Part shown: piece by piece, positions 46,557 through 56,800 of the stretch
How positions within the stretch are numbered: position 1 is the stretch's first letter
How the letters are laid out: the number at the start of each line of letters is the position of its first letter
Source of the DNA: Clostridia bacterium
GTDB lineage: Bacteria; Bacillota; Clostridia; Christensenellales; CAG-138
Assembly (NCBI GenBank): GCA_030527165.1
Contig: JAUNBH010000002.1
Span: 22,243 to 86,242, forward strand
Length of the DNA stretch: 64,000 bases
Reading direction: 5' to 3'
Program-made: the position numbers and the translations under genes
The notes under the pieces: model-generated
The model's input: only the letters and a program-made list of their open reading frames with translations
What the model was told of the DNA's origin: nothing
Databases searched by the model: none

Positions 46557-47432
46557 TCAATACCTGTCAAACGCAAATAGCGGCCGTCTGTGTGCGGCGG
46601 GCGCGTCCGAATCGAGCGAGTCTCGGCGAAGGAGCGCCTCAGCGTTGGGGTTTAGCGGGCATATGACGCTGAACACCTCCTCCCGCGAAGGGAGCGCGCA
46701 CTCGCAGTCGAGCGGCAGCGGAAAAGCCACTCGCGAGTAAGCGCCGGAGAGCCCGCTTAGCAGCCTGCGCACGGAATGGACGTCGCCGCAGAGCTCGTGA
46801 ACGACGGCGCCGTCGCCGTCCTCGTACAGCAGCGCGTATGCGGCGCCCGCCGCTGCGGCGCGCGCACCGGGCAGCGAGAATTCGCGCAGCAGGCTTGCGT
46901 AGGTGGCGGGCGTTCTCACGGCGCCGCCCTGATACTTTGCCATATAGGCGTTGTACGCCCGCTCCATGAGCGCCGCATCCGGCGCGGTGAGGTCGTCCCT
47001 GCCGTCGCGTTCATGAGCCTCCATGATGGCGATTTTCCTGCGGACGAATGGCACATAGCCGTATTTGGCGTAGAAGCGGTGGTCAAACGGTTGGAGCACG
47101 GTGACGTCGAATTCGGCGGTGCGCATCTGTTCAAATGCCGTTGCGAACAGCTCGGACGCGAGGCCGATTCGCCTGAACGCGAGCAGTGTGGCGACGCCGG
47201 ATATGAATCCCATGCGCAGCGTGCAGTCGTGCAGCTGCAGCTCCTGCGGTATTATGTGCATGTTGCTGACTATCATGCCGTCAACGAACGCCGCCAACAC
47301 GAACTCCGGGCGCGTGCGCTCCGCGAAGTAGTACTCGACAAACTCGTCGGAGTCCTCGGGGAAACACGTTCGCCACACCTGGGCAGCCTCGGCGTAGTCA
47401 GAAGCGGCTATGCGCCGTATGACCGCGCTCAT
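46557..47432 (-). CDS. GNAT-family acetyltransferase (Eis-like two-domain form)
   Basis: …ISGVATLLAFRRIGLASELF… acetyl-CoA core, then …LQPFDHRFYAKYGY… The start overlaps the upstream gene stop (ATGA). Confidence 0.65.
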   Translation of the reverse strand: MSAVIRRIAASDYAEAAQVWRTCFPEDSDEFVEYYFAERTRPEFVLAAFVDGMIVSNMHIIPQELQLHDCTLRMGFISGVATLLAFRRIGLASELFATAFEQMRTAEFDVTVLQPFDHRFYAKYGYVPFVRRKIAIMEAHERDGRDDLTAPDAALMERAYNAYMAKYQGGAVRTPATYASLLREFSLPGARAAAAGAAYALLYEDGDGAVVHELCGDVHSVRRLLSGLSGAYSRVAFPLPLDCECALPSREEVFSVICPLNPNAEALLRRDSLDSDAPAAHRRPLFAFDRY

Positions 47433-48325
47433 CGCGTGGGCCTCGCCATGTACTTATCTATCATAAACGCGGGCTGATATGATGATTTCGAGCGCCGCAG
47501 ACCGATTATACCCATGTCCTCCTCGCGGTTTATGTACTGTACGTCGGTGCAGTACTCCCGTGCAAAGCACTGGTTTATCATGGCGTAGCTGCCGGGTATA
47601 GCGTCATCTGCCTTTTCTATGTGCACGACCATCATGCGCTCGCTTATCCTCTGGCCGAGAGAGAACGCCGCCAGCCTTCCGTCTATGCGAATGCCTCCGC
47701 CTACTATCCCGAGCTCGTCCATATGGTCGAACAGCAGGCGTATGGCATCGTACTCGCCCTCCATACCCGGCAGCAGCGCGTCCTTGTTCTGCAGCCACGC
47801 GAGCTGCATTGCGAGCGCATCGTCGCGCATCGCTGCGGTGGCGGGGACGTACTCGTAGTTGGGATAGGCAGACTCGAACTGGTTTATGTGGTTGCGTTTG
47901 GCGTGCAGCCGCTTGCCGGAGAGCGTGATGAGCTTCTGTGCCTCGTATACGTAGTCGCAGTTGTCCAGGTCGAGCGTGAGTTGATAGTCGCCGCAGTATG
48001 TCCGGAACTTGACCTCGATGTCCTCGCTTATTCCCAAAAACAGCGGGTCGATGCCGTTGGCCTCCATGTGACTGCGCGCGGCGTCTACCGCAGCGCGGTA
48101 ATCCGCGCCGGGGTCGAGCGTCAGAGGCGCGTACATGTACGGCGGGTAATCGTCGTACTGCGCGAGTACAAACAGCGCGCCGTCCTGCAGCGCGTAGCGC
48201 AGCTTATTCCCGTGGCCCCAGATGAGCAAGTTCGTGAACGAATAGGTAGAGTTCTCCAGTTTCCAGGCGCGCAGGTAAGGCTCAATGTCCCGCCTCGCGT
48301 CAACGGTTATGGGCAAAAACAGCAT
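47429..48325 (-). CDS. DUF2156-domain protein (MprF C-terminal-domain-like)
   Basis: …YSFTNLLIWGH…LRYA… N-terminus and …INREEDMGIIGLRRSKSSY… C-terminus, as I recall for DUF2156. The ATG at 48325 is 5 nt after GGGAG. Confidence 0.55.
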   Translation of the reverse strand: MLFLPITVDARRDIEPYLRAWKLENSTYSFTNLLIWGHGNKLRYALQDGALFVLAQYDDYPPYMYAPLTLDPGADYRAAVDAARSHMEANGIDPLFLGISEDIEVKFRTYCGDYQLTLDLDNCDYVYEAQKLITLSGKRLHAKRNHINQFESAYPNYEYVPATAAMRDDALAMQLAWLQNKDALLPGMEGEYDAIRLLFDHMDELGIVGGGIRIDGRLAAFSLGQRISERMMVVHIEKADDAIPGSYAMINQCFAREYCTDVQYINREEDMGIIGLRRSKSSYQPAFMIDKYMARPTR

Positions 48326-48382
48326 AAATACTCCCGTAGCTTTTATGCGCATATTCTACCACAGGTGCGCGCGCGAAACAAG

Positions 48383-49090
48383 CTACTGCATGGCGAGGAG
48401 TTCCCTCCTAAGCTGTCGTATAATGCGCTTTTCGAGCCTTGAAATGTAGCTCTGCGATATGCCGAGTATGTCCGCAACTTGCTTCTGAGTGTATTCGCCG
48501 CTGCCAAAGAGGCCAAAGCGCAGCTCCATTATCCGCTTCTCCCTGTCGCCCAACCGCGTCAGCGCGTCGAGCAGCAGCTGTTTATCCACTTCGTCCTCCA
48601 TGCGCTTTGATATCTCATCACCGTCCGTGCCGAGTATGTCGGAGAGCAGCAGTTCATTGCCGTCCCAATCGATGTTCAACGGTTCGTCGATGGAGATTTC
48701 AAGGCGCAGCTTGCTCGTCTTGCGCAGGTGCATGAGTATCTCATTCTCGATGCAGCGTGACGCGTAGGTGGCGAGCTTTATCTTCTTCGTGGCGTCGAAT
48801 GTGTTCACGCCCTTTATAAGCCCGATAGCGCCTATGGACACCAAGTCCTCCATGGCTATGCCCGTGTTCTCAAACTTGCGCGCTATGTACGCCACGAGCC
48901 GGAGGTTGCGCTCAACGAGCGTTTGCCGCACAGAGGTATCGCCATCTATGAGACGCTGCATCAGCGCAGCCTCCTCGTCTTTTGAGAGCGGCGGGGGGAG
49001 AGAGTCCGACGAGGCGACAAAGCCGAGCGTGCGCGCCGCTCTAAAGCGGGCGTACAGGAAGTCGAGCAGGCGAATGAACAGTTTCAGCAT
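48383..49090 (-). CDS. sigE: Sporulation sigma factor SigE (pro-sigma-E)
   Basis: Near-colinear with B. subtilis SigE: …[10 protein letters not shown]…[19 protein letters not shown]…[23 protein letters not shown]…. It has an N-terminal pro-sequence, RBS AAGGAGGA, and lies adjacent to spoIIGA. Confidence 0.92.
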   Translation of the reverse strand: MLKLFIRLLDFLYARFRAARTLGFVASSDSLPPPLSKDEEAALMQRLIDGDTSVRQTLVERNLRLVAYIARKFENTGIAMEDLVSIGAIGLIKGVNTFDATKKIKLATYASRCIENEILMHLRKTSKLRLEISIDEPLNIDWDGNELLLSDILGTDGDEISKRMEDEVDKQLLLDALTRLGDREKRIMELRFGLFGSGEYTQKQVADILGISQSYISRLEKRIIRQLRRELLAMQ

Positions 49091-49869
49091 GGGGTTTCCT
49101 CCTTGCAATCCGCGTCGAGATCGAGTGGTATGGCTGCAGTGGGTACCAGTGCGCCATCGAGCTTTTGGGTCGTCAGCGCGACATACGCGTCGGCGGGAGT
49201 GCGGCTTCTGCCGCCTATGATGAGCCTCTCGGGGCGAAAGCCGTACAGTACGGCGTTTCCCGCAGGGGTGGCGCAGGGTATGGGCAGCACGGCAAAGCGC
49301 AGCAGCTCGTCGGCGTTCATGATGACCACGCATTTGCCGCTTATGGGCTCGCGGAGCAGGTTTCCGCTGTCGACTATCGCGCGCAGCTCCACTACGACGC
49401 CCTTGTGTTCCACGCGGACGCGCGGGTGCTTAAGCGCGCGCCGCCTCTGTGCGGAGCGGATGCAGCGCGGCAGAAATGCGGCGACAGCGGCGGTACCCAG
49501 CGCGACTCTGACGCTCAGCGGGGCAAGTATCACGCCGTCTTGCACCGAAGCGCCAAAGAACGCGGAGCACGCCACGGCAATTCCGCCGAGGGTGGCGGAC
49601 GCGAGAAACACGCAGAGCGCGCCCGTCAGATACTCCTTTATGCTCCCGAACGGCAGGGCAAGCGCCATTATGAGCAGCAGTAGCAGCTTCAGCGGCGGCA
49701 GCATAAGCCACTCCAGGCATGTCACCGCGAGCGAGGCGTAGAGCGCTCCGGCTGCGGAGAGTGCAAACAGCCGCCAAAACGGGACGCTGCGCCTTGTCAC
49801 CGCAGCTGCGAGACGGAGTATCAGCGCGTCCATGAGCAAGTTGTCCAGGAAGTACAGCTCGATGTACAT
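49084..49869 (-). CDS. spoIIGA: Sigma-E processing peptidase SpoIIGA
   Basis: Five TM segments plus the aspartic-protease motif [11 protein letters not shown]. The start is the ATG at 49869 behind AAAGGAG. The 572-codon upstream extension in the track is antisense noise. Confidence 0.88.
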   Translation of the reverse strand: MYIELYFLDNLLMDALILRLAAAVTRRSVPFWRLFALSAAGALYASLAVTCLEWLMLPPLKLLLLLIMALALPFGSIKEYLTGALCVFLASATLGGIAVACSAFFGASVQDGVILAPLSVRVALGTAAVAAFLPRCIRSAQRRRALKHPRVRVEHKGVVVELRAIVDSGNLLREPISGKCVVIMNADELLRFAVLPIPCATPAGNAVLYGFRPERLIIGGRSRTPADAYVALTTQKLDGALVPTAAIPLDLDADCKEETPC

Positions 49870-50004
49870 AGGCGCTCCTTTCGCTCCGATATTAACATAT
49901 TCAGAATGTGTATATGTGTAGAACGCGGCCGCAAAAATCGTATTTGAATGGCGAAACGCGCCTAAATGCGCACGCTGCCACATAGTGTTGTTTTGGAGGT
50001 GGCT

Positions 50005-51150
50005 ATGGGAAAGACTGTGTCGAAACTGAGAATTATTGCCTGGGTAATAGCGACGGCGGCGCTGGCGGCGTATGTGGTGCTGGCGCCTTCCATAATAGAG
50101 CGGGGCATGCGCTTCGGAGAGTACGGCGAGAGGTTTCGACGCGAGCGGGAACCATACAGCGGAGAGATAACGGTGTGGCACATAGTGTCGTTCAGGCCGT
50201 ACCTGGGTTCTGCGGGAAACTGGCTGTCCAAGCGGGCGGCGGAGGTGGAGAAGGCGCACTTTGGCGTGTACTTCAACGTCACCGCGATGAGCATAGAGGA
50301 GTGTGCGCTCAAACTGGAAAACGGCGAGTGCGCGGACGTGTACTCGTTTCCGTCCGGTTGGTGCGCACATGCCGCGCTGCACGCGCTGGACGTAGAGCTG
50401 CCGGAGCGCATGTCGCAGGACATGGCGGCGCTCGGACAGGCGGAGGGAGAGCAATATGCCGTTCCGCTGTTTTACAGCGTGTACAGCCTGCTCGTCAACG
50501 CGCGCATAGCCTCCGAGAAGGGCGTGGGGCTCCCCTCGGACGCGGTTACAAGGGCGTTCGTGAGCGAAGCGTGCGACAAACTGGATTTCTCGCTCAAGAG
50601 CGGGCGGGTGTACGGCATGGCGGGAAACGCGGTCGTGGCGGCGCTTTACGGCGCGCACGGGGACATCGCCGGAGTGCGGGCATTCCGCGACGGCGACGCC
50701 TCCATGGCGGTCGCGGACATGCGCTTTGTGGGCGATATGGACAGGTTCAACAAGTCCGGCAAGGGCTTCGAGTTCGCGCTGTACCCGCTTTCGGCGTATA
50801 CCGACCTCGTGCAGTTTATTGGGGTCAACGCCGATGTGGAGGCGGCGAAGCTGCCGTACTGCTTTGAGCTCATAGAGTTGGCGGTATCGGACGGCGCACA
50901 GCTCGCACTGGCGCAGATAGGACTGTTTGGCTCTGTAACGCCGGAAGATGCAACAGTATACGAACAGGAGCATGTTCAGCTGGCGTTTGATGCGGCGCAC
51001 GGCGTGTCCATGGCGAACACGTTCGAGCACTACCGCCGTCGCGATGAAATAAGCCGGCTGGCTGCGCGCGCTCTCGCGGGCGGAGAGGATGATAGCGCCG
51101 CGCTCGCGGATGCGCTTGAGGAACTTGTAAGGGAGCTGAAAATAGAGTAG
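50005..51150 (+). CDS. Membrane-anchored extracytoplasmic protein, solute-binding-protein-like, function unknown
   Basis: An N-terminal TM anchor followed by …EITVWHIV…, typical of the beginning of family-1 SBPs. The ATG at 50005 lies behind GGAGGTG. Confidence 0.5.
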   Translation: MGKTVSKLRIIAWVIATAALAAYVVLAPSIIERGMRFGEYGERFRREREPYSGEITVWHIVSFRPYLGSAGNWLSKRAAEVEKAHFGVYFNVTAMSIEECALKLENGECADVYSFPSGWCAHAALHALDVELPERMSQDMAALGQAEGEQYAVPLFYSVYSLLVNARIASEKGVGLPSDAVTRAFVSEACDKLDFSLKSGRVYGMAGNAVVAALYGAHGDIAGVRAFRDGDASMAVADMRFVGDMDRFNKSGKGFEFALYPLSAYTDLVQFIGVNADVEAAKLPYCFELIELAVSDGAQLALAQIGLFGSVTPEDATVYEQEHVQLAFDAAHGVSMANTFEHYRRRDEISRLAARALAGGEDDSAALADALEELVRELKIE

Positions 51151-51184
51151 AATACTTGTATAGAAGATGCGTGGGGGTAGTGAG

Positions 51185-52075
51185 ATGGATTTCCATCCCT
51201 TGAGGGACGCGCTCGGGGAGCGGCTTCGCTTCGCCGTGCCGATGAGGGAGTACACGTCGTTTCGCATTGGAGGCCCTGCCGCGGCGCTGTACGAGCCGTC
51301 CGATGCAGCGGAGCTCATATGTGCGCTCAATGCCGCGCAGGCGCTGCGGCTGCCGGTGTTCGTCATGGGAAACGGCACCAATCTCCTGGTGAGCGATAAG
51401 GGTATAGACGCGCTGGTCATACGCCTGGGTGAGGCGATGTCGTCCGTCAGCGTGTGCGGCGAGCGAGTGACGGCGGGCGCGGGCGCGCTCATGTCCTCGG
51501 TCGCCAAGCAGAGCGTCGCCGCGGGGCTCATGGGACTGGAGTGCCTGTCGGGCATACCGGGTTCCCTGGGCGGCGCGGTCGCCATGAACGCGGGCGCGTA
51601 CGGCGCGCAGGTCGGCGATTCGGTAACGACCGTGTGGGGCGTAAAGGACGGCGAACTGCGTCAGTTTGACGTGTTTAACGGGGACTTTGGATACAGGTTC
51701 AGTTCCTTCGCGGCGCCCGATGTAATAGTGTGTGCAGTTGAGCTGTCGCTGAAGCGCGACGACGGCACTGCACGGGCGCGTATGGCTGAATGCACGCGGG
51801 CGCGCACGGAGAAACAGCCTCTGGCATATCCGAGCGCGGGGAGCGTGTTCAAGCGTCCCAACGGGAACTTTGCCGGGGCGCTGATAGAGCGCGCAGGGCT
51901 CAAGGGCTTGTCAGTGGGCGGCGCACAGGTCAGCGAGCTGCATGCCGGATTCATAATCAATCGGGGCAACGCGACGTGCGAAGACGTATTGGAGCTCATA
52001 TATCGCGTGCAGAAAGCGGTATTTGACGAGTTTGGCGTGATGTTGGAAACGGAAATCAAGCACATAGGGGGATGA
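51185..52075 (+). CDS. murB: UDP-N-acetylenolpyruvoylglucosamine reductase
   Basis: FAD-binding …FRIGGPA…VMGNGTNLL… and C-terminal …PSAGSVFKRP…GGAQVSELHAGFIIN…. Confidence 0.9.
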   Translation: MDFHPLRDALGERLRFAVPMREYTSFRIGGPAAALYEPSDAAELICALNAAQALRLPVFVMGNGTNLLVSDKGIDALVIRLGEAMSSVSVCGERVTAGAGALMSSVAKQSVAAGLMGLECLSGIPGSLGGAVAMNAGAYGAQVGDSVTTVWGVKDGELRQFDVFNGDFGYRFSSFAAPDVIVCAVELSLKRDDGTARARMAECTRARTEKQPLAYPSAGSVFKRPNGNFAGALIERAGLKGLSVGGAQVSELHAGFIINRGNATCEDVLELIYRVQKAVFDEFGVMLETEIKHIGG

Positions 52076-52078
52076 GCC

Positions 52079-52963
52079 ATGTACATGCTGATAGTGACGG
52101 GTCTGTCGGGTGCGGGGAAGTCAAACGTGCTGCGCGCGCTGGAGGACATGGGGTTTTACTGCGTGGATAACCTCCCCGCCAAGATGACGTCGCAGTTCAT
52201 TGAGCTGTGCCGCAAGAACGTGCCGCCGGTGAGCAAAGCCGCCATAGTAATAGACAGCCGCGAGAGCATATTCAACGGCATGGGCAAGACGGCTATACTC
52301 GACACGCTTAACAGTGAGAATGTGCGCTACGAGGTGTTGTTCCTGGAGTGCAGCGACGAGGTGCTTACGCGCAGGTACAGCGAGACGCGGCGCAGGCATC
52401 CCATGAGCCCGAGCATAGACGAGGGCATGCACATAGAGCGCGAAATGCTCCAGCCGCTCAAGGAGCGCGCCCACTACATAATCGACACGAGCGACCTAAA
52501 GCCCATTGAACTGAAGAAGCGCATACTCGCGCTCCAGATAGGGGAGGCGATGCAGCGCTTCAGGCTGGTCATATCGAGCTTTGGATTCAAGCGCGGCATA
52601 CCTACGGACGCGGATATGGTGTTCGACGTGCGCTTTACGCGGAATCCGTTTTACGAGAAGGAGTTGAGAGGGCTGTCCGGGCTGGACAAGCAGGTGCAGG
52701 ATTACATACTGCGTTCGGATTGCGTGCTGCCGTTTCTCGACTCTGTGGAGGGCACGCTGAGAGCGCTGATACCTCATTACATAGACAACGACAAGCACAG
52801 GCTGATGGTGGCGTTTGGCTGCACGGGCGGCAGGCACCGGTCGGTGTTCGCGGCGCAATCGATGTACGAGCGGCTGAATAAGGACTGGGATGCGATAATC
52901 GTTCACAGGGATTTGGTGGACGAGGCGCACGACATAATCGGACGCTTCGGCAAGGAGGGCTGA
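52079..52963 (+). CDS. rapZ: RNase adapter / P-loop NTPase RapZ (YvcJ)
   Basis: Walker A TGLSGAGKS and …AFGCTGGRHRSV… motif. Confidence 0.9.
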   Translation: MYMLIVTGLSGAGKSNVLRALEDMGFYCVDNLPAKMTSQFIELCRKNVPPVSKAAIVIDSRESIFNGMGKTAILDTLNSENVRYEVLFLECSDEVLTRRYSETRRRHPMSPSIDEGMHIEREMLQPLKERAHYIIDTSDLKPIELKKRILALQIGEAMQRFRLVISSFGFKRGIPTDADMVFDVRFTRNPFYEKELRGLSGLDKQVQDYILRSDCVLPFLDSVEGTLRALIPHYIDNDKHRLMVAFGCTGGRHRSVFAAQSMYERLNKDWDAIIVHRDLVDEAHDIIGRFGKEG

Positions 52964-53895
52964 TGTCTTTCTCATCCGTCGCCAAAGATGAACTCATACG
53001 TCAGCGGCTTCGCGGTGACGACGCGGCGAGCGCCGCCCACACGGCGCTTACGATGACTTCAGGCGGTCTTACGCTGGGGCGCGGCGGCATGGCGGTGCAC
53101 TATACCACCGAGAGCGAATCTGTTGCGAGGTACGTCGAGAAGCTGTCTCGCAGGCTGTACGACGTCGAAGCGTCTGCATTGATGAGCGAAAAGCGCGGCA
53201 GGGGGGCGCGGAGCGTGATTGTGACGCTGCGCGGCTCAGGCTGTGCGGACATAATCGAGGCGTGCGGGCTGATGTCGGTCGGCGAGGGCGACGGCGAGAG
53301 GATCGCGCGCTTTACGCGCAGCGAGAGGTGCCGCATTGCGTTCGTTAGGGGTGCGTTTTTGGGCGCGGGTTCCGTCAGCGACCCTCAAAAGAGCTACCAC
53401 CTTGAGATAGTGTGCCGCAACGAGGCGCTGGGGCGCGAACTCATATCCATACTGTCGGAGCACGGCGTGCGCGCAAAACTGCGAGAGCGCAAAGAAACGC
53501 ATGTCGTGTATGTGAAAGAAGCGGACATGATAAGCGGTGTGCTGGCGCTCATAGGAGCGCACGACGCCGCGCTGCGATTTGAGGAAGTGCGCGCCATTAA
53601 GAGCATCAACAACGACATAAACCGCATAGGGAACTGTGATGTCGCAAACATGCAGAAGACCGCCGAGGCGGCTGCGCTTCAGGCTAAGGGTATAGAGCTC
53701 ATAAGCAGGCGCATGGGGCTGGAGCGCCTGCCGAACGGATTAAGGCAAGTCGCGGAGGCGCGGCTCAACAACAGAGAGGCGTCGCTCAACGACTTGGCGG
53801 TGGAGTTGGGCATAGGCAGGTCTGCGGTCAATTACCGGCTAAGCAAGCTCATGCGCCTGGCGGATGAGCTGAGGAGCAAGTACGGGGAGGAATGA
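52963..53895 (+). CDS. whiA: DNA-binding protein WhiA
   Basis: …FVRGAFLGAGSVSDPQKSYHLE… (degenerate LAGLIDADG scaffold) and a C-terminal HTH …LAVELGIGRSAVNYRLSKL. The start overlaps the rapZ stop. Confidence 0.9.
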   Translation: MSFSSVAKDELIRQRLRGDDAASAAHTALTMTSGGLTLGRGGMAVHYTTESESVARYVEKLSRRLYDVEASALMSEKRGRGARSVIVTLRGSGCADIIEACGLMSVGEGDGERIARFTRSERCRIAFVRGAFLGAGSVSDPQKSYHLEIVCRNEALGRELISILSEHGVRAKLRERKETHVVYVKEADMISGVLALIGAHDAALRFEEVRAIKSINNDINRIGNCDVANMQKTAEAAALQAKGIELISRRMGLERLPNGLRQVAEARLNNREASLNDLAVELGIGRSAVNYRLSKLMRLADELRSKYGEE

Positions 53896-53898
53896 GAG

Positions 53899-56800
53899 TT
53901 GGCTTTTACGCATCTTCATGTGCACACGCAATATAGCCTCCTGGACGGGGCTGCACGGATAACTGACCTGGTAAAAAGGGCTAAGCAGCTTGGAATGACC
54001 GCGCTTGCGATAACGGATCACGGCGCCATGTACGGGGTGATAGATTTCTACAAGGCGTGCGTGGGCGCCGGCATAAAGCCGATTATCGGCATAGAAACAT
54101 ACGTTGCGCCCGGCTCCATGGAGGAGCGGCAGGGCGTGCGTGAGTACGCTCACCTGGTGCTGCTCGCTAAGAATCAGACGGGGTATCACAATCTCATGCA
54201 GCTGACCTCGCTCGCGTTTACGAAGGGCTTTTATTACAAGCCGAGGATAGATTACGAGCTATTGGAGCAATACAGCGAGGGCCTGATATGCCTCTCCGCC
54301 TGTCTGGCGGGCGATATACCGTCGCTGCTGCTCAACGAGCGATATGCGGAGGCGGAGGAGCTCGCCGCGCGGCTTCGCGGCACGTTTGGTGAGGACTTCT
54401 ATATCGAGCTGCAGAACCACGGGCTCGACGAGCAGCGCACAGTCTTGCCGCGGCTCGCAGATTTGGCGCGCAAGCTCGGCATTAAGACCGTAGCGACAAA
54501 CGATGTGCACTACGTCAATCGGGACGACGCGGAGGCGCAGGACATACTGCTGTGCATACAGACGGGCAGGTATGTCGAGGAGACCGACCGTATGCGAATG
54601 GAGGGCGACGAGTTCTACCTCAAGTCCGAGGACGAGATGAGAAAAGCCCTCTACGGATACGGCGAATCGCTCGAAACCACGTGCGAGATAGCTGATAAAT
54701 GCAATGTGGAGATCGTGTTTGGAGAGAGGCGGCTGCCGAACTTCGACGTCCCGGAAGGCTACACGAGCGAGAGCTATTTGCGGAAGCTGTGCGACGACGG
54801 GCTCAGCGCATTGATACCTCAGGCGGGCGAGAGGGAGCGCGAGCGCATGGGCTATGAGCTGTCTGTCATAAACAGCATGGGCTTTGCGGACTACTTTTTG
54901 ATCGTGGCGGATTTCGTAGCTTTTGCGCGGAAAAACGAGATAGTAGTAGGGCCGGGGCGCGGCAGCGGAGTGGGAAGCTTGGTGGCGTACTGTTTGGGCA
55001 TAACGGGTGTAAACCCGCTGGAGTACGGGCTTTTGTTCGAGCGGCTGCTCAATCCGGAGCGCATATCTATGCCTGATATAGACATCGACTTCTGCTTCGA
55101 GCGCAGACAGGAAGTGATAGACTACGTCACCCGCAAGTACGGAAAGGATCACGTTGCGCAGATAATAACATTCGGCACGATGGCAGCAAAGGGCGCGGTT
55201 AAAGACGTGGGGCGCGCACTGCACATGCCGTATGCGGAAGTGGACAGGATAGCAAAGCTCATACCCAACGAGCTCAACATAACGCTCGACAGGGCGTTGG
55301 AGCTGTCCCCGGAGCTGAGGGAGCTGTGCGCCATAGACCCGAGAGTGCGGCGGCTCATAGACCTCAGCAAAAAGCTCGAGGGGTTGCAGCGCCACGCCTC
55401 CACCCACGCGGCGGGCGTGGTGATAGCTTCAAAGCCCATAAGCGAGTATGTACCGCTGCAGGTGAATGACGAGGCGGTGACGACGCAGTTCACTATGAAC
55501 GCACTGGAGGAGCTCGGGCTGCTCAAGATGGATTTTCTCGGGCTGCGCACGCTTACGGTGATACGCGACACGCTGCGCTTTATAGAGGCGAGCGGCAGGC
55601 GGGCGCCGGATATTGAGAAGCTGCCCTTCGACGACCAGGAAGTGTACGCGATGATATCGCAAGGCGACACGGACGGCGTGTTCCAGCTGGAATCGGGAGG
55701 TATGCGCCAGTTCATGACGCGGCTGCGCCCGGACTGCCTGGAGGACTTGATCGCGGGCATATCGCTGTACAGGCCGGGGCCCATGGAACAGATTCCCAAC
55801 TACATAAAGGGCAAGCATGACAGGCAGTCTATAACGTATCTCCACGAGTCGCTCCGCCCGATACTGGAGCCTACATACGGTTGCATGGTGTATCAGGAGC
55901 AGGTCATGCAGATAGTGCGAGACCTTGCGGGCTACTCAATGGGTCGCAGTGACTTGATACGGCGCGCGATGTCGAAGAAGAAGCACGACGTAATGGCGCG
56001 CGAGCGGCGAAACTTCATATACGGGAGCCCGGAGGAGGGCGTGGCGGGGGCCGTGGCGAACGGTGTGCCGGAAGCGGTGGCGAACCGGATATTTGACGAG
56101 ATGATGGACTTCGCCTCGTATGCGTTTAACAAATCACATGCCGCCGCATACGCCGTAGTCGCGTACAGGACGGCGTATTTGAGCCGGTACTATCGCATAG
56201 AGTTTCTAACTGCGCTCATAAACAGCTTTCTGGGCGTGCCGGACAAGGTATCCAAGTACATAAACATAGCGCGTCAGTCGTCGATAGCGCTGCTCGCGCC
56301 GCATGTCAACAGCAGCATGACGCGCTTTACCGTGGAGAACGGGGCTATACGCTTCGGAATGTCCGGCATCAAGAACGTCGGCGAGCGGGCGGTAGACGAC
56401 ATAATAGCGGAGCGAAACCGCGGCGGAAGCTTCAAGAGCATGAGGGATTTTGTGCGCAGGGTGCCCGGAGTAAACAAGCGAATGATAGAGGGGCTTATAA
56501 AGGCGGGCTGCTTTGACGGCTTGGGCGCCAACAGAGCGCAGCTTTTGGCGACATACGAGGGCACGGTGGACGGCGAATCCGGCAGCAGAAAGCTGCGCGA
56601 ATCGGGCCAGCTGTCGCTGTTTGATCTCGGCGGCTTTGCCGACGCGCCGCCGGAGCTGGACTCCCTGCCAAATCAGGAGGAATTCCCTCCGCGGATTCTG
56701 TACACAATGGAGAAAGAAGCGACCGGTGTGTACATAAGCGGCCACCCGCTCATAGAGTTTGAGAAGGAGCTGGCGGGTATGACGGCGGTGAGCGAGCTGA

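Noticed and set aside
49949-49955. TGGCGAA, considered as a Spo0A box upstream of spoIIGA.
   Set aside because: A single 7-mer matching TGNCGAA is expected by chance, and I could not define a convincing spoIIG-type promoter around it.
49870-51585. A 572-codon N-terminal extension of the spoIIGA ORF, giving the 833-aa ORF in the track.
   Set aside because: The extension is Arg/His-rich nonsense antisense to two plausible plus-strand genes (the SBP-like protein and murB). SpoIIGA begins at MYIELYF, which has its own RBS.
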